A stretch of 64,000 bases of DNA from Vicugna vicugna. Taxonomy: Eukaryota. Below, piece after piece: positions 12,406-23,400 of this stretch. The position numbers and the translations under genes are program-made. Numbering within the stretch: position 1 is the first letter of the stretch; each line of letters opens with the position of its first letter. The stretch covers positions 1,793,280-1,857,279 of the forward strand of contig MU063057.1 of assembly GCA_013265495.1 (NCBI GenBank). The letters run 5' to 3'. The notes beneath the pieces are model-generated. The model was not told the DNA's origin. It saw nothing but the letters and a program-made list of their open reading frames with translations, and made no database searches.

Positions 12406-14126
12406 GTGAGTGAGGCGTCCCGGCCCCGCGCGGGGCGGGCCCCAGGGGCGCTCCGGCCTCCCCTCTGGGCGGCTTGCTGAGCAGTGTCAGGCAGAGCAGC
12501 TGCCCCGACTGGAGACCTGCCCGGACCCAGTAGGTGCTGAGCAGGGCGGGTGGCCTAGAGTCTAAATGGGCAGAGTGGGGATGGTGGGCTACAAGAAAGC
12601 CCAGGTGAGAGTTCTGCCCACCCCCCAGCCCAGCTGGTCCCAGCCAACCCTGGGGCTTCCTGGAGGTGGTATCTGGCTTGGCTCTGAAGTGAGCACGGGC
12701 AGGGTTTCGTTAGAAGAGAGGAGGAAAGGTGGCACCCCAGGCCCAGCCCCCGCGGAGCAAAGGTTTGGGGATGCGGGTCAGAAAGTCCCCCTCAGAGGCC
12801 GAAGGGAAGGAGGGAGACCAGAATGGGAAGGAGACTAGAGCACCTTCGCGGCCTTCTGTTCTCTCCCCACATGCGCACAGCACACAGCGGGTGTGCAGGT
12901 GCTTCCTGAGTGAAGGACTGAGTGAGTGAATGCACGCAGCTGGCTAAGTCTGGGAGGCTCCCAGGCCAGCCGCTGGGAATCAGGAACCCCCAGACGTGGA
13001 CCCCCAGCCCCCACTCTGCACCAGCCTTCTTTCTCGAGGCCAAGGAGTCTCCCATCCACCCTGATGGTGCTCAGGCTCCCCTGCACTGCCCTGGGCATGG
13101 TGCAGACCCAGGCCAGGGGCTCCTGGGGACCGGTGGAGGTCAAAGGCTCCCCTAGCAGTGGGGCCAGAAAGCTCAGGGGCTTGGCCGACCCTCTGGCCAT
13201 CGACCTGCTTGTCTGGGAGGGGCAGACTGAGGTCTAGAGGCCAGGATGAAAATGGGGAGGCTGTCTGGCAAGCTGAGGACCTCCAAGGCCTTCCAGACCT
13301 GTGGCTCTGTGGTTCTGGGAGGCCAGGCTGGTCCTGGACGGCTTCCTGGAGACAGTGGGCTGGCACTTTAGAGAACCAAGAGGAGGGAGCAAGAGATGAG
13401 GGAGGGCAGGAGGCAGGGGAGGGAGGAGGGAAGAGCAGATCCAGGCCACTGGGCCGCACTGGGCCCAAGGCACCACCCTCCACTTGGAAGGAGCCAGGAA
13501 CTGGGTCCCAGCCGGCCTGGGAACCCAAACCACAGAGGGGGCGGTAATTGCTCCCTGGTGTCTGCAGGGCATGTGGGCGATGGGAGAGGCTGCTCTTAAA
13601 TTTCCCCCACGCTGGCCCTGAGCCTGGGCGGGGCCTTGCCTAGCCACGCCCCACCGCCCCCACCACCTAGGGTTCCCAGCTCCCAGAGACCTGGCTCCTA
13701 AGCCCCTGGCGCCTGGGACCCTCTGGGCAGATGTCAGTGTTGACAGCAGCCACACTCAGCGGCCCACAGTGGACACAGCTGACAGGGGGAGTGGAGCTGG
13801 GGGTGGCAGATAAGAGGGGGCGCAAGAAGCTAGGGGAGCCTGGGAAGTTAATGCAGAGAAGCAGGTGGGGGCCCTTCCTGTGCCCCGAAGCCCCTCCCTA
13901 GCCCTGTAGGGTGTTCCCTCTGGTCCATTTGAAGGCAGTAGGGGCCGTGAGGGGTGACACGGGGCATGCCCTGGCCCACGTTGCAGGGAGCAGACCCACA
14001 GGACAGAGGGGAAGGAGCTGGGGGATGGAGAGGGGGACAGTGGGGGCAGGGAGGCTGTGGCTGTGTCCAGGGCAGTGGTGCTAAGGGACCTGCCCAGATT
14101 TCACTACGCTCCCAACCCATTCACAG

Positions 14127-14314
14127 GGACCATGCTGGGCCTCTGCGCCTCTGTGCAGCCGCTGACCCGAACCCTGGGGCCCACCCTGGGCGGCCTCCTG
14201 TACCGCAGCTTCGGAGTCCCCGTCTTCGGCCACGTGCAGTTTGCAGTCAACTTCCTTGTCCTCCTGTTCCTCTGGAGGCAGCCTATGCCCCAGAAGAAAG
14301 ACAAAGTCTGGTGA
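14127..14314 (+). CDS. SLC22A18: SLC22A18 last coding exon GTMLGLCASVQPLTRTLGPTLGGLLYRSFGVPVFGHVQFAVNFLVLLFLWRQPMPQKKDKVW*
   Basis: cacag|GG acceptor at 14125-26; TGA at 14312-14; matches the human C-terminus. Confidence 0.95.
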
Positions 14315-14339
14315 CTAATGCCCCTGGGCACAGACTGGC

Positions 14340-14345
14340 AATAAA
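14340..14345 (+). terminator. SLC22A18 polyadenylation signal AATAAA
   Basis: AATAAA 25 nt after the stop codon. Confidence 0.8.
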
Positions 14346-16219
14346 CTCCCTCGGGACCTCTTTCAGCCTGATTTCTGCAGGCTCCCACCCGTTGGGCAGG
14401 AGGCTTGGGGGTGAAAGATGGAGCTTTGCATGCTGGAGGGCTTCCTGGAGGAGAGGGCCTGCAGCTGGGCCCCAGGGCTCTGGGGAAGACAGAATCACGC
14501 AAGTTCCTCCCAGTCTGAGGTGGGCCCCACCCTGGGGTCCATCGCCCACCAGTCCTGCCGCTGCTGCCCAGATAGCTCTCCTCAGTCTCCAGAGACAGAA
14601 GGCTCCCTGCTCAGCCCTCCCCACGCCTCGCCTTGGGCTGAGCACGTGCCCGCAGGCCCTCATTGTTCCTGAAGGGAAACAGGACAGGCCAGTTTTAAAA
14701 GATCAGGAATTTGAGGCTTGGGACAGTATCTAGGAAAGGAACTCTCACTTCCTGCTGGAAAGCCCAGGGTAGCTCGGGGCAGCCAGGCCTGAGAACTGGC
14801 TTCCCTCCCCCTCTCCCCGCCTCCCAGCCCAGGTTCTGTGGAGAGGGGGGACCAGACATGGGGAGGTCAGCTGGCTGCTGCGGCCAATGACCAGTGTAGA
14901 GAGAAGGACGTGTCAGGCCTGCAGGGGCCCCCAGACGGGGAAGGCCACCCCTCCCCCACAGGCTGCCTGTGAAAAAGTGATTAAAATTCCGAATGCCCAA
15001 CCTCAGAATTCCACAGTCCCCTGGTCCTCAGAGAGCCGTGGCCCTCCGCCCTCCCGGCCTCTGCTCCGGCCCCAGCAGGAGCGGGGATCACACCCTCTGA
15101 CTTTGGTTGCTCCCTCAGGAAGGTCTGGTGGGCGGGGCCTCCCAGGTGGGGCAGGATGAAGTCGCGCCGGGTGGACGTGGGCCCTGGAGCTGGCCTTCCC
15201 CACTCCCCTTGCGCACGGGGGCTTCGCAGTGTTGTTCAGGAGAGAATCCATCGCGGGAGTGGTGTGTTCTGTGGATCCAGTACGCAGGCTCCCCCCGGCT
15301 TCCCAGCAGAGGGACAGCCCCTCCCCAGTCTGACCCCTGGGACCCAGTGAGAGGCCTGCGATGATGCCCTCGAGGTCAAGGGTGAGTGACTGACATTAGG
15401 GCCACTTTTGGTCCTTCCTCCCCTCACCGCTGCCTCCCACACCTGGTATTGTCCCAGCCACAAAGGGGAAACAAAGGCCCCTTCACAAGGCCAGGATCAG
15501 TGTCCTGTCCCATTCTTCTAGTGTTGGCTTTTTGTCACCAACAGACCTTCTGGGTGGAGGGAGACACCCTGAGGGAGGGGCAGGGGGCCAGCCCTAGTGT
15601 GTCCCAGGCCACCCACCTTCCCAGGCAGGAAACAGGGAAGCTCCCCGCCTTGTCAGGTACCTCAGGCTTCCCCACCCCCATGTCCCCTGCCACCCTAGCA
15701 GACACAGTGCAGGCCTCTCTCTCAGATGCCCAGAAGCACTGCCCACCTTGCTGGCCCCACACGTCGGGCACTGGCCAGCAGGAGGCCAGCAGCCAGGGCC
15801 GAGGGCTTCTTCTCACAGGTGTGGACAGGTGGCTGGGGTAGGGGGCAGCTAAGGTCCGCCACTGAGTACAGGAGCAGCTCAGAATTCGGGGAGGTGCACT
15901 GACCTTAGTGGGCCAGCTGGTGAGTGACTTCCCTGAGCAAGCACTGCCCAGTCCTCCCCATTCCACACCCAGGAACGGAAGTCAGCCAGGGCCAAACCCC
16001 AAGGCACTTCCCAGCCTCCTTGGGAGAGGCTGCTTGGCAAGGAGGGTGTGGCCAGGGTCCAGCAGAGGACAGTGTTCATTGAAAGCGCATTTCCTTGCCC
16101 TTTGGAGGCCTGGGGTGGCTGCTTCCCCTGCTCCAACACACACACTGAATGAAGGAGCCTCTGATTCCCCCTCCCCTCCCCAGAGGAAGCTCACTGCATC
16201 ACACCCGGCTGGTAGAAAA

Positions 16220-16518
16220 GAGAACAGCTCAAGTAGTTTATTTGGAATGGACATATTGATGCAAAAAATATATATTATTAAGACAAATGGTTTTACCACA
16301 AATATCATCAAAATAAATACATAGATAGTCCAATAATTTAACGCGCCCGCACAGCGGGGGCGAGGCTCCTCGGCTCCGCACGGGAGGGTCCTTCTCTGCG
16401 GGACAGGGATGCCGCCCCGGCCTTTGTCCTCGCTGTGGTCAGCGGGTGGGCGCCGCCCGGGCTCCTGCCGCCCCGGGCATCCCCTGGGCTCCTGCTCGAC
16501 TGGTCCAGTGTGTGGCTC
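16220..16518 (-). other. PHLDA2: PHLDA2 exon 2 (entirely 3'UTR); 3' end approximate
   Basis: Minus-strand acceptor CCCCTCCTCTCCGCACAG|GAGCC at 16519-20; donor GCG|GTGAGT at 16781-86 gives a 268-nt intron. Confidence 0.8.
16237..16242 (-). terminator. PHLDA2 polyadenylation signal AATAAA
   Basis: tttatt on the + strand at the end of an AT-rich block resembling the human PHLDA2 3'UTR (TTATTGGACTATCT...CAAATAAA). Confidence 0.85.
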
Positions 16519-16797
16519 CTGTGCGGAGAGGAGGGGTCAGGGGTCTGTGCCCAAGCCCGGGGCTGAGCGGGCTGGGGTTCAGTCTGTGGGTCCCCTAAGG
16601 CCCCAACACGGGAGGCGCAAGCGACGACTCCTGCCGCGCGCCTTAGCGGCGCGGCGATTGCGCGGCATCCAGTCTCCTCTCGACAGTGTCCCCTAGACGG
16701 GCAGGACCTCCCCGCGACGTCTGAGGTTGACATTGTCCCTCCCCCAGGACCCCGAGCTGGCGGGCGGGCAGGCGGCCGGCACTCACCGCGGCGGCGC

Positions 16798-17193
16798 TCA
16801 GGGCGCGCGGGCCGTCCGGGTCTCGGGCTGCGCGGCGGGCGCGGCGCGCTCCTGGCGGCTGCGGAAGTCCTGCAGGGCGCGGCGGTTCTGGAAGTCGATG
16901 AGNNNNNNNNNNNNNNNNNNNNNNNNNNNNNNNNNNNNNNNNNNNNNNNNNNNNNNNNNNNNNNNNNNNNNNNNNNNNNNNNNNNNNNNNNNNNNNNNNN
17001 NNNNNNNNNNNNNNNNNNNNNNNNNNNNNNNNNNNNNNNNNNNNNNNNNNNNNNNNNNNNNNNNNNGACCGGTGGGGAACAGGCTCAGGCGGTCGGGGGT
17101 GAGTACGCCGCGCTTCTTCTTCCACAGCTGGAAAAGGCTGTCGCTTCGCTTCTCCAGCTCGCCCTCACGCAGCACCTCGCCGGGGGTCTTCAT
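16798..17193 (-). CDS. PHLDA2: PHLDA2 (TSSC3/IPL) pleckstrin-homology-like domain family A member 2, 131 aa, whole CDS in exon 1, partly in N gap
   Basis: [40 protein letters not shown]...[19 protein letters not shown] matches human PHLDA2; position between SLC22A18 and NAP1L4 is syntenic. Confidence 0.96.
   Translation of the reverse strand: MKTPGEVLREGELEKRSDSLFQLWKKKRGVLTPDRLSLFPTGXXXXXXXXXXXXXXXXXXXXXXXXXXXXXXXXXXXXXXXXXXXXXXXXXXXXXXXLIDFQNRRALQDFRSRQERAAPAAQPETRTARAP
16903..17066. other. Assembly gap, 164 N, inside PHLDA2 CDS
   Basis: Run of n in the sequence. Confidence 1.
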
Positions 17194-17279
17194 GTCGGCC
17201 GGGTGCGGCGGGCGCGGCAGACGAGACGGCTCGACTGGTGGCGGCGCCGGCAGTGCGCTCCGTCGGCCCCGGGGCAGCC

Positions 17280-17285
17280 TTTATA
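17280..17285 (-). promoter_or_regulatory. PHLDA2 TATA box (TATAAA)
   Basis: tttata on +, about 90 nt upstream of the ATG and directly downstream of GC boxes. Confidence 0.8.
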
Positions 17286-17844
17286 GAGGCCCCGCCCCGC
17301 TCGCTCGGCCCCGCCCACCCCGTGCACGCCCCGCCCCGGCCACGCCCCGGCCCTTCCGCCCGCACCCCCGTACCGCATGCCGTCCCTGGGCCTCCCAAGG
17401 TCGCCCCCTCTCCCTTGCCTGCGGCCTGCGGGCCCCTACCCACCGCTCCTCCGGCGCCCCAGCCCCCCAGCTCCATGGGGCGATTCATGGTCCCCACCCC
17501 ACCCCGGACGCCGGCCCCACGGAGGAATGTGCTGCGGCCGGCCCTGCCCGCGGTGACTCACTGCCCGGCAGCCCCGGGAAGTGCCCGCGGCTGGGGCCGG
17601 CCCGTGGCGCGGTGACGGCGGGTCCCAGACCCCTACCTTCCAGGAGCCCTGACACCCAGCCCTGCTGTTCAGGGCTTGTGGGGCAGATGGAGAACGCAGC
17701 CCTTGTTCCTCCCACACCCTTGGGGCCCTTTGCGGGAGACCCCCTGGTGCCCCAGCCCGCCTTCTGTCCCACCTAGCCACCCATCGTCCGCGCCTGGAAG
17801 GACCTGCCCTCTCTCCCCTGGGTCAGGCAGAACGGGAGAGCGGA

Positions 17845-17935
17845 TGTTCTGAGCTTCAGTTTTCCCTTCTGTAAAATGGGGACAGTGACACTTGTTAGAT
17901 TAGGTAACCCACGGAAAGTGCTGGAACAGCTCCCC
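17845..17935 (+). mobile_element. MIR fragment
   Basis: CTTCAGTTTTCCCTTCTGTAAAATGGGGAC core. Confidence 0.6.
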
Positions 17936-19920
17936 ACAGTGTCCAGTAAGTGTGAGGGGAGGAGAGGCCGTTCCAGCTCCCTTCCTGGGGTCCGTGGCGG
18001 CTCTACGTCAGGGGAGGGAAGGAGGACGACTCCGACTGCGACTGCGACCGCGCCCGCGGGCGGGCGGGTAGACGGCCGGAGGTCCTGGGAGCCGAGGGGG
18101 CGCGGAGTGCATGGCGGGGAGCGGGGAAGGGGGTCGGCCGGCCCGCGGCGGGGCGGGAGCGGTGAGGGCGGCTGAATCATGGCCTGCCAGCCGGACAAGC
18201 CTTTTTATTTACCCTCTTCCTTTAAAGGGTTTAATAGGAGCAGGAAGTGATCGCGGGCTCCTCCCGGGTTCCCAGGGGGTGGGGGTGGGGAGAGCCGGCA
18301 GAGACCTGGGGGGGCCCCCACCTTCAACACCGCACTGGGCTGTGAGCTGGGCTGGTGCTGTAAAGCAGACACAGCAGGGAAAGCCCTAGTGGCGTGGGGC
18401 TGTGAGAGCCACCCTAGCCCTGCAAAACGGAAACACAGGTGCCCTGGTTCCAAAAGTATTAACATTTTCAGGACGGTGACTGGTGACTGCCAAGCACAAA
18501 GCCAAGTGTGGGACGTTCTGGGTGCAGGCCCATTAGGCTGGCCCTACCTGCCCTCGCTGTGTGGCCTGGGGCAAGCCCCGTCCCTGGCCCTTCAGGGTCA
18601 CCCTGAGGAATGAGGGTCACCTCTGGCTCAGAACAGGCCTGGGCAGATGGCAGGCAGGTGGCAGCTGCCCAGTGGTCCCCACCTGTGGGTCCAGAGGGCC
18701 TGTAGGAGGGCTGGGCAGCAGAGACGGCAGAGGTGGGGCCCAGGACGAACATAGGGACGGCTGGTCAGTGTTCTGGTGGGGGTGGGGGAGGGAGCTGGAA
18801 TCTGCAGGCCTGCAAGATGTGGGAGGGAGCTGGCCAGAAGGTGAAGGCCGCACAGGGTGGGTAGGTGGTGGGGGAAAGGATCTCCCCTCGGGACAACACA
18901 GGGCAGACTTGTAAGGTGGTAAGTTTCCCATCACTACAGGCATCCCAGCAGAGCTGGCCAGCCCATGACAGGCTAAGAGGATTCCAGCATCAGGCAGGTT
19001 GAGATGACTGACCCTCCATCCAGGGGCTCTGCCACCTTGGGGCTTGGGCTGTGGCTGTGCTGAGGGGTCCTCTGGGCAGTGGGACCCGGGAAAGGCAGAC
19101 CAGGGCGGAACTCTGTGCCGCTGCTCTCGGGAGCCACTGTGAGCCTTTGGGTGCCCGGCGCTCTGCCCGGACCCCCTCCGGGACCCACCAACAATCCCCA
19201 GCCCCCGAGGCCAGTCAGCAGAACCTCAGACACTGGCATTGCTTAAGCACCTACTGTGTGCCTGCAGGTCTGGCAGGTGCTAGGACCCTGAGGAGAGGGG
19301 AGGACCCCTGCCTGCCCTAGGGAGCACCAGGGTAGCTGTGAGGGAGCGGGGGCTGGGGGGCTGGGGCCAAGAGGATGGCTTGGAGGACTCCATGGGGAGG
19401 GCAGGCGCCAGAGAGGGTCCCTGAGGAGCCCAGGTCCGTGAGGCTGTGAAGGCTTGCTAGGGGCTGGCGTTCCAGGCCTGTGCTGGGAGTGCACCCAAGG
19501 TGGGCATACTTCTCAGCACATTTCACAGATGTGGGAGCTGCGGCCCCAGGGAGGAAGGGACAGGAGAGAGAGGAGCAGAGACAGGGCTTGAAAGTGCTGA
19601 GGAATGACCGAGCAAGAGGAGAGAAGTGAGCGCCCTTGAAGACAAGGTGAGGCCAGGGGAGCTGCCCCTCCCCACGCCCACCCCGCCCTGAGCTCCTCTC
19701 CTTGCCAGGTCTCTGGGGGAGGGGGCAGGAGTCGCTGCCCAGTGACCTCGGGGTGCCACTCTGACAGGTGGGCATCAGTGGGAGCTGGGGGGGGCAGGTC
19801 GTAGCGGGTGGGGAGCCCACCACCCCTCTACCCAGGGGAGGTGGGGACGGCCACCCCCCAGGGGCCCCTGGGTCACTGATTCCACCCGCTCCGCCTCAGT
19901 GACTTCCCAGCTCCTGTGAG

Positions 19921-19958
19921 GCCAAACCAGCATGAAGCCGCCAAACCAGCATGAAGCC
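19921..19958. repeat. Perfect 2 x 19-bp tandem duplication
   Basis: GCCAAACCAGCATGAAGCC twice. Confidence 0.95.
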
Positions 19959-22129
19959 GGAGCGAGGAGGGACCCTGTCCCCACCCCCAAGCAGGCCTGT
20001 CTGAGGCCCTCTGGAATGTGGGAGCCAAGAGCTGACTTTTCACCCACAGTGAGGACCTTCTAGGGGGATGCCCCCCCAAGGCCATTTGATACCTAGGACC
20101 TCAGAGGACCCACCAGGACGGACCCCCTGGTGTGGATTCATTCAGGCTGCACCCGTAGGGAGCCATGCTCCCCGCTCCCCACCCCACGAAGGGTTCTAGC
20201 CAGGTTGGTACAGGAGAGGGAGGAGCCACTGGCCAGAGACAGGAGCGTAGCACCTGCAGGGAGGCCAACATGGCCCCGCCCAGCCGGCCTGGCCTCATGT
20301 CTCCCTCGTGGTCACTCCATGAGGTGGGGGTGCTTCCTTGGTTTTGCAGGGAACAGGGTAGGGATCTCAGAGAAGTTAAGGGACTCAGGAAGTGGCCTCC
20401 CCCAAGCAGCTGAGCTGGTTCTGGGTGGGGGTGTCTGGTGGCTGCTTCTCAGACGGGGAGGGGGCCACACTGGGCCTTGTCTCACGTCAGGCAGCGCTGA
20501 TCTCGGCCAAGTTTACTAATATTTATCCCAGGGCTGCATCCGGGATTCACCGGAGCCTGACTGAGGGAACTCCCCACAGGCAGACAGAGATGGTCCCCGA
20601 ACACCCGTATGGGGACACCTGCCATCCCGTCCAGCTGGGTGAGGATGTCAGGCAGCCTGGGCAGAGGCGAGGGCGCTTCTTTGAAACTCACCAGGTGAGG
20701 TCATTTCCACGGCGGTGACGAGGCCAGGCCCTCCAGGCTCTTACCCAACAAGCCGGGTGAACGGAAACCATGTGTCAGCAGCCCGGTGCCCGGGGCTCGA
20801 TACCATACTCTTCCGGCTCCCCTACCTGGGTCCCCCTCCTCTTGCCTCTTCCAGGAAGCCCTCCCAGATTGCCAGGGCCACCCTAAGGCCTGCTCCCACC
20901 AATGACATAACTGCTGGGCCTTGGGGTCCCGTTTAGGGCGAGCCTGAGGAGGAGGGCGGGGGAGGCCCTAGCTGCCGGGAGTTGCAGCACCTGAGAGGTG
21001 GCCTGATGCCACCTGACCTGAGCCCAACATCACCCGTTGGCTGTGGCCTGTAACTCAGGCCTGCCCTCAGTCCCTCTCCTCAAAGCCGCGGCCTGGGAAA
21101 AGTGAGCGGTCCAAGGGCGGGAGGCAGGAGGCCTGTCCCCACTTGGTTCCAGGCTCTCACTGTCAGCCTGGCCTTGGCCCCCCAGGGCTGTGTCCCTTGT
21201 CCCTCTGTCTGGCTCCCTGAGCCCCTCAGCTGTAGTCTGACTGGCAGGCCCCGCCTTACTGGGCCCTGAGGATCGAATGAGACTGACACTGCACCTTCCT
21301 CCTCCTCGGCCCCTGTCAAGCTCCTGTTCACCCCTCAGGACCCTGCTCAGGAGTCACTATCAGCTCCTGGAATGCAGTGACATTCTAGTCTTCGGGAACC
21401 TCCCGGCCCAGCCTGGGCACTCAGGAAATGTTTCTGGAAATGGGTGGACCTGAAAAGCATCCATCTGCCTGTCCGAGACTCCCCACTCTGGGCAGAGCAA
21501 CCGACGTGGGGATCATTTGTTTGTCTGTGGAACCGAAACAGCTGGTGGTGGGGGTTGTCGGGGGGCGGGACCGGGCCAGGCAGGCTCAGGCCTGGGGGGC
21601 AGAGGGGAGGGGCCTCTCCCATCACCACAGAATGGACGGGGAGAGGGGGGAGCCGCTGGCATTCTCGTAACTGAGCAGACTGCCCAGGGCCTGGTTCACG
21701 GGGACAAGAGACCTTTCTGGAAGCTTGAATGAACGAGTGAACGAAATACAGGAAAGGAGGAGGGTGGAGGTGGACGAGGCATGGCCACCACCCTCTGAGT
21801 AGTGGCCAGCCCTCGCGGCAGCTGGGCGGCACCACCACAGGACAGGCAGGGCGCCCACCCTGACCTCCAGCGTCCGGTGCAGCTGGGCTGGGACAGGGCT
21901 CTGTCATGTGTATTTTAATCAAATTCTTTCCAAAAGAAAGTTATCAAAATAGTAACAAAGTGTTGACACAAAAAAGTAAAAAATCGCTGAATGATTTCAA
22001 AGTTTTGAGTCATCACCTCTCATGATCCCATCCCAGGCCCACTTGACGTAGCGAGTGACTTTTGATCTTTTAAATTTATTTTTAGTTAAAACATTTAATG
22101 ATCCTTTTTAAAAGATGCATTTGCATTTC

Positions 22130-22703
22130 CTCAAAAAAATTAAGACTAGAGTCACCATGTGACCTAGCAGCTCCACTGCTGCATGTGTCCCCCAGACGTG
22201 AACGCAGGGACCTGAGGTGCTTGCCCACCCAGGTTCACAGCAGCATCATTCACGACGGCCAGGAGGTGGAGGCCACCCAAGTGTCCCCTGATGGGTGAAT
22301 GGATGCACAAAATGTGGTCCAGCCACACAACGGGGTATTACTGAGACGTGAAAAGGAAGGAAATGCCGACCCGGGACACAGTGCCGATGAAACTTGGGGA
22401 CGTGATGCTCAGCGAAACAAGCCAGACACAGAAGGACGAATCCTGTCTGATGCCACTCACGCTCATGTGTGCCCCCCAAAGGCACCAAATTCATAGTCGG
22501 ACAGTCGGATGTTGGGGGCAGGGGTGGGGAGTGAGTGTTTCATGGGGACAGTTTCAGTTTGGTAAGACAAAAGACGTTCTGGAGACAGACAGTGATGATG
22601 GCCGCACAGTATTGTGAATGAACTTAACGCCACTGAGCTGTGTGCCTAGAAATGGTTAAGATGGTAAATTGTATGTTACGTATGTTTTACCATAGTTAAG
22701 AAA
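22130..22703 (+). mobile_element. L1MB-like LINE-1 3' fragment
   Basis: GAATGGATGCACAAAATGTGG, AAAAGGAAGGAAAT, CAAGCCAGACACAGAAGGAC, AAATGGTTAAGATGGTAAATT motifs in the expected order. Confidence 0.85.
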
Positions 22704-22754
22704 CTGTGCGTCTGCCATCTTTGTCGTGCACATCCTTGTGTCTGTTTGAGAGCC

Positions 22755-23164
22755 TCTGGAGTGGGTTGATGGTCCCCAGAGGTGTGTCCGTGTCCTCACC
22801 CCCACTGACTGTGACTTACATGGTAGAAGAGTGACTGTTACCTTGTACGGCAAGAGATACGATTAGATGATTAAATTCAAGAGCTTGAAAGGAGGCGCTG
22901 GTCTTGGATTACCCAGGGGGCTGAATGCCATCACAGCTGTTCTTATCAGAGATACACTGGAGACAGAGGCTGGAGGGATGTGGCCACAGCCCCGAGACAG
23001 CTGGAACCTCTAAAGCTGGAAGGTTCCGGAAGGATCCTTCCCTAGAGCCCTGCCAACATCTTGATTTTGGATGTCCGACCTTCAGAACCACGAGTGTAAA
23101 TTTCTGTTGTTTTAAGCACCACAGTTTGTGGTCATTTGTCACAGCCACCCCAGGACAATGATAC
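22755..23164 (+). mobile_element. MLT1 (MaLR) solo LTR
   Basis: GGATTACCCAGGGGGCTGAATG, TTCTGTTGTTTTAAGCACCACAGTTTGTGGTCATTTGTCACAGC, terminal ...GATACA. Confidence 0.85.
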
Positions 23165-23239
23165 AGCCCCCAGGCAGTCGGTGCTGACCCTGCCCTCCCT
23201 CTCCTACAGCCCTCCCCCTCCCCTGGGACTGGAGCACAC

Positions 23240-23400
23240 AGTCTAGTGGCAGATGAGGACCAGACAAAGGTGATGGGGTCATTAGCCGGCCATGGGTGGT
23301 GAGGTCAAGGCTTCCTAGGGATACGGGTGACTTTTGAGCTGGGTTTTCGAGGATGAACAGGAGTTCTCCACATCCCCTGGCTTGCCCTGGGCATGGGCTC
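23240..23400 (+). mobile_element. L2 fragment
   Basis: AAGGCTTCCTAGGG...GGTGACTTTTGAGCTGGGTTTTCGAGGATGAACAGGAGTT resembles the L2 consensus. Confidence 0.5.

Larger units (their letters stand above)
16330..17620. promoter_or_regulatory. CpG island covering PHLDA2 body and promoter, with Sp1/KLF GC boxes (CCCCGCCC at ~17290, 17309, 17330)
   Basis: Very dense CpG and GC by inspection; boundaries approximate. Confidence 0.85.

Noticed and set aside
13954-14733. 259-aa ORF over the SLC22A18 last exon
   Set aside because: Different frame from the real exon, crosses the poly(A) signal, non-ATG start.
16727-17776. 349-aa ORF antisense to PHLDA2
   Set aside because: Shadow frame of a CpG island, bridged by 164 N that could hide stops, and starts at a non-ATG codon.
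19921-19958. 19-bp duplication as a CRISPR-like or functional array
   Set aside because: Two adjacent copies with no spacer; ordinary slippage in a mammalian genome.
21369-21440. Paired TEAD-like (GGAATG, ACATTCT) and STAT-like motifs as a trophoblast enhancer
   Set aside because: Short motifs that are common by chance, with no independent support in the sequence.
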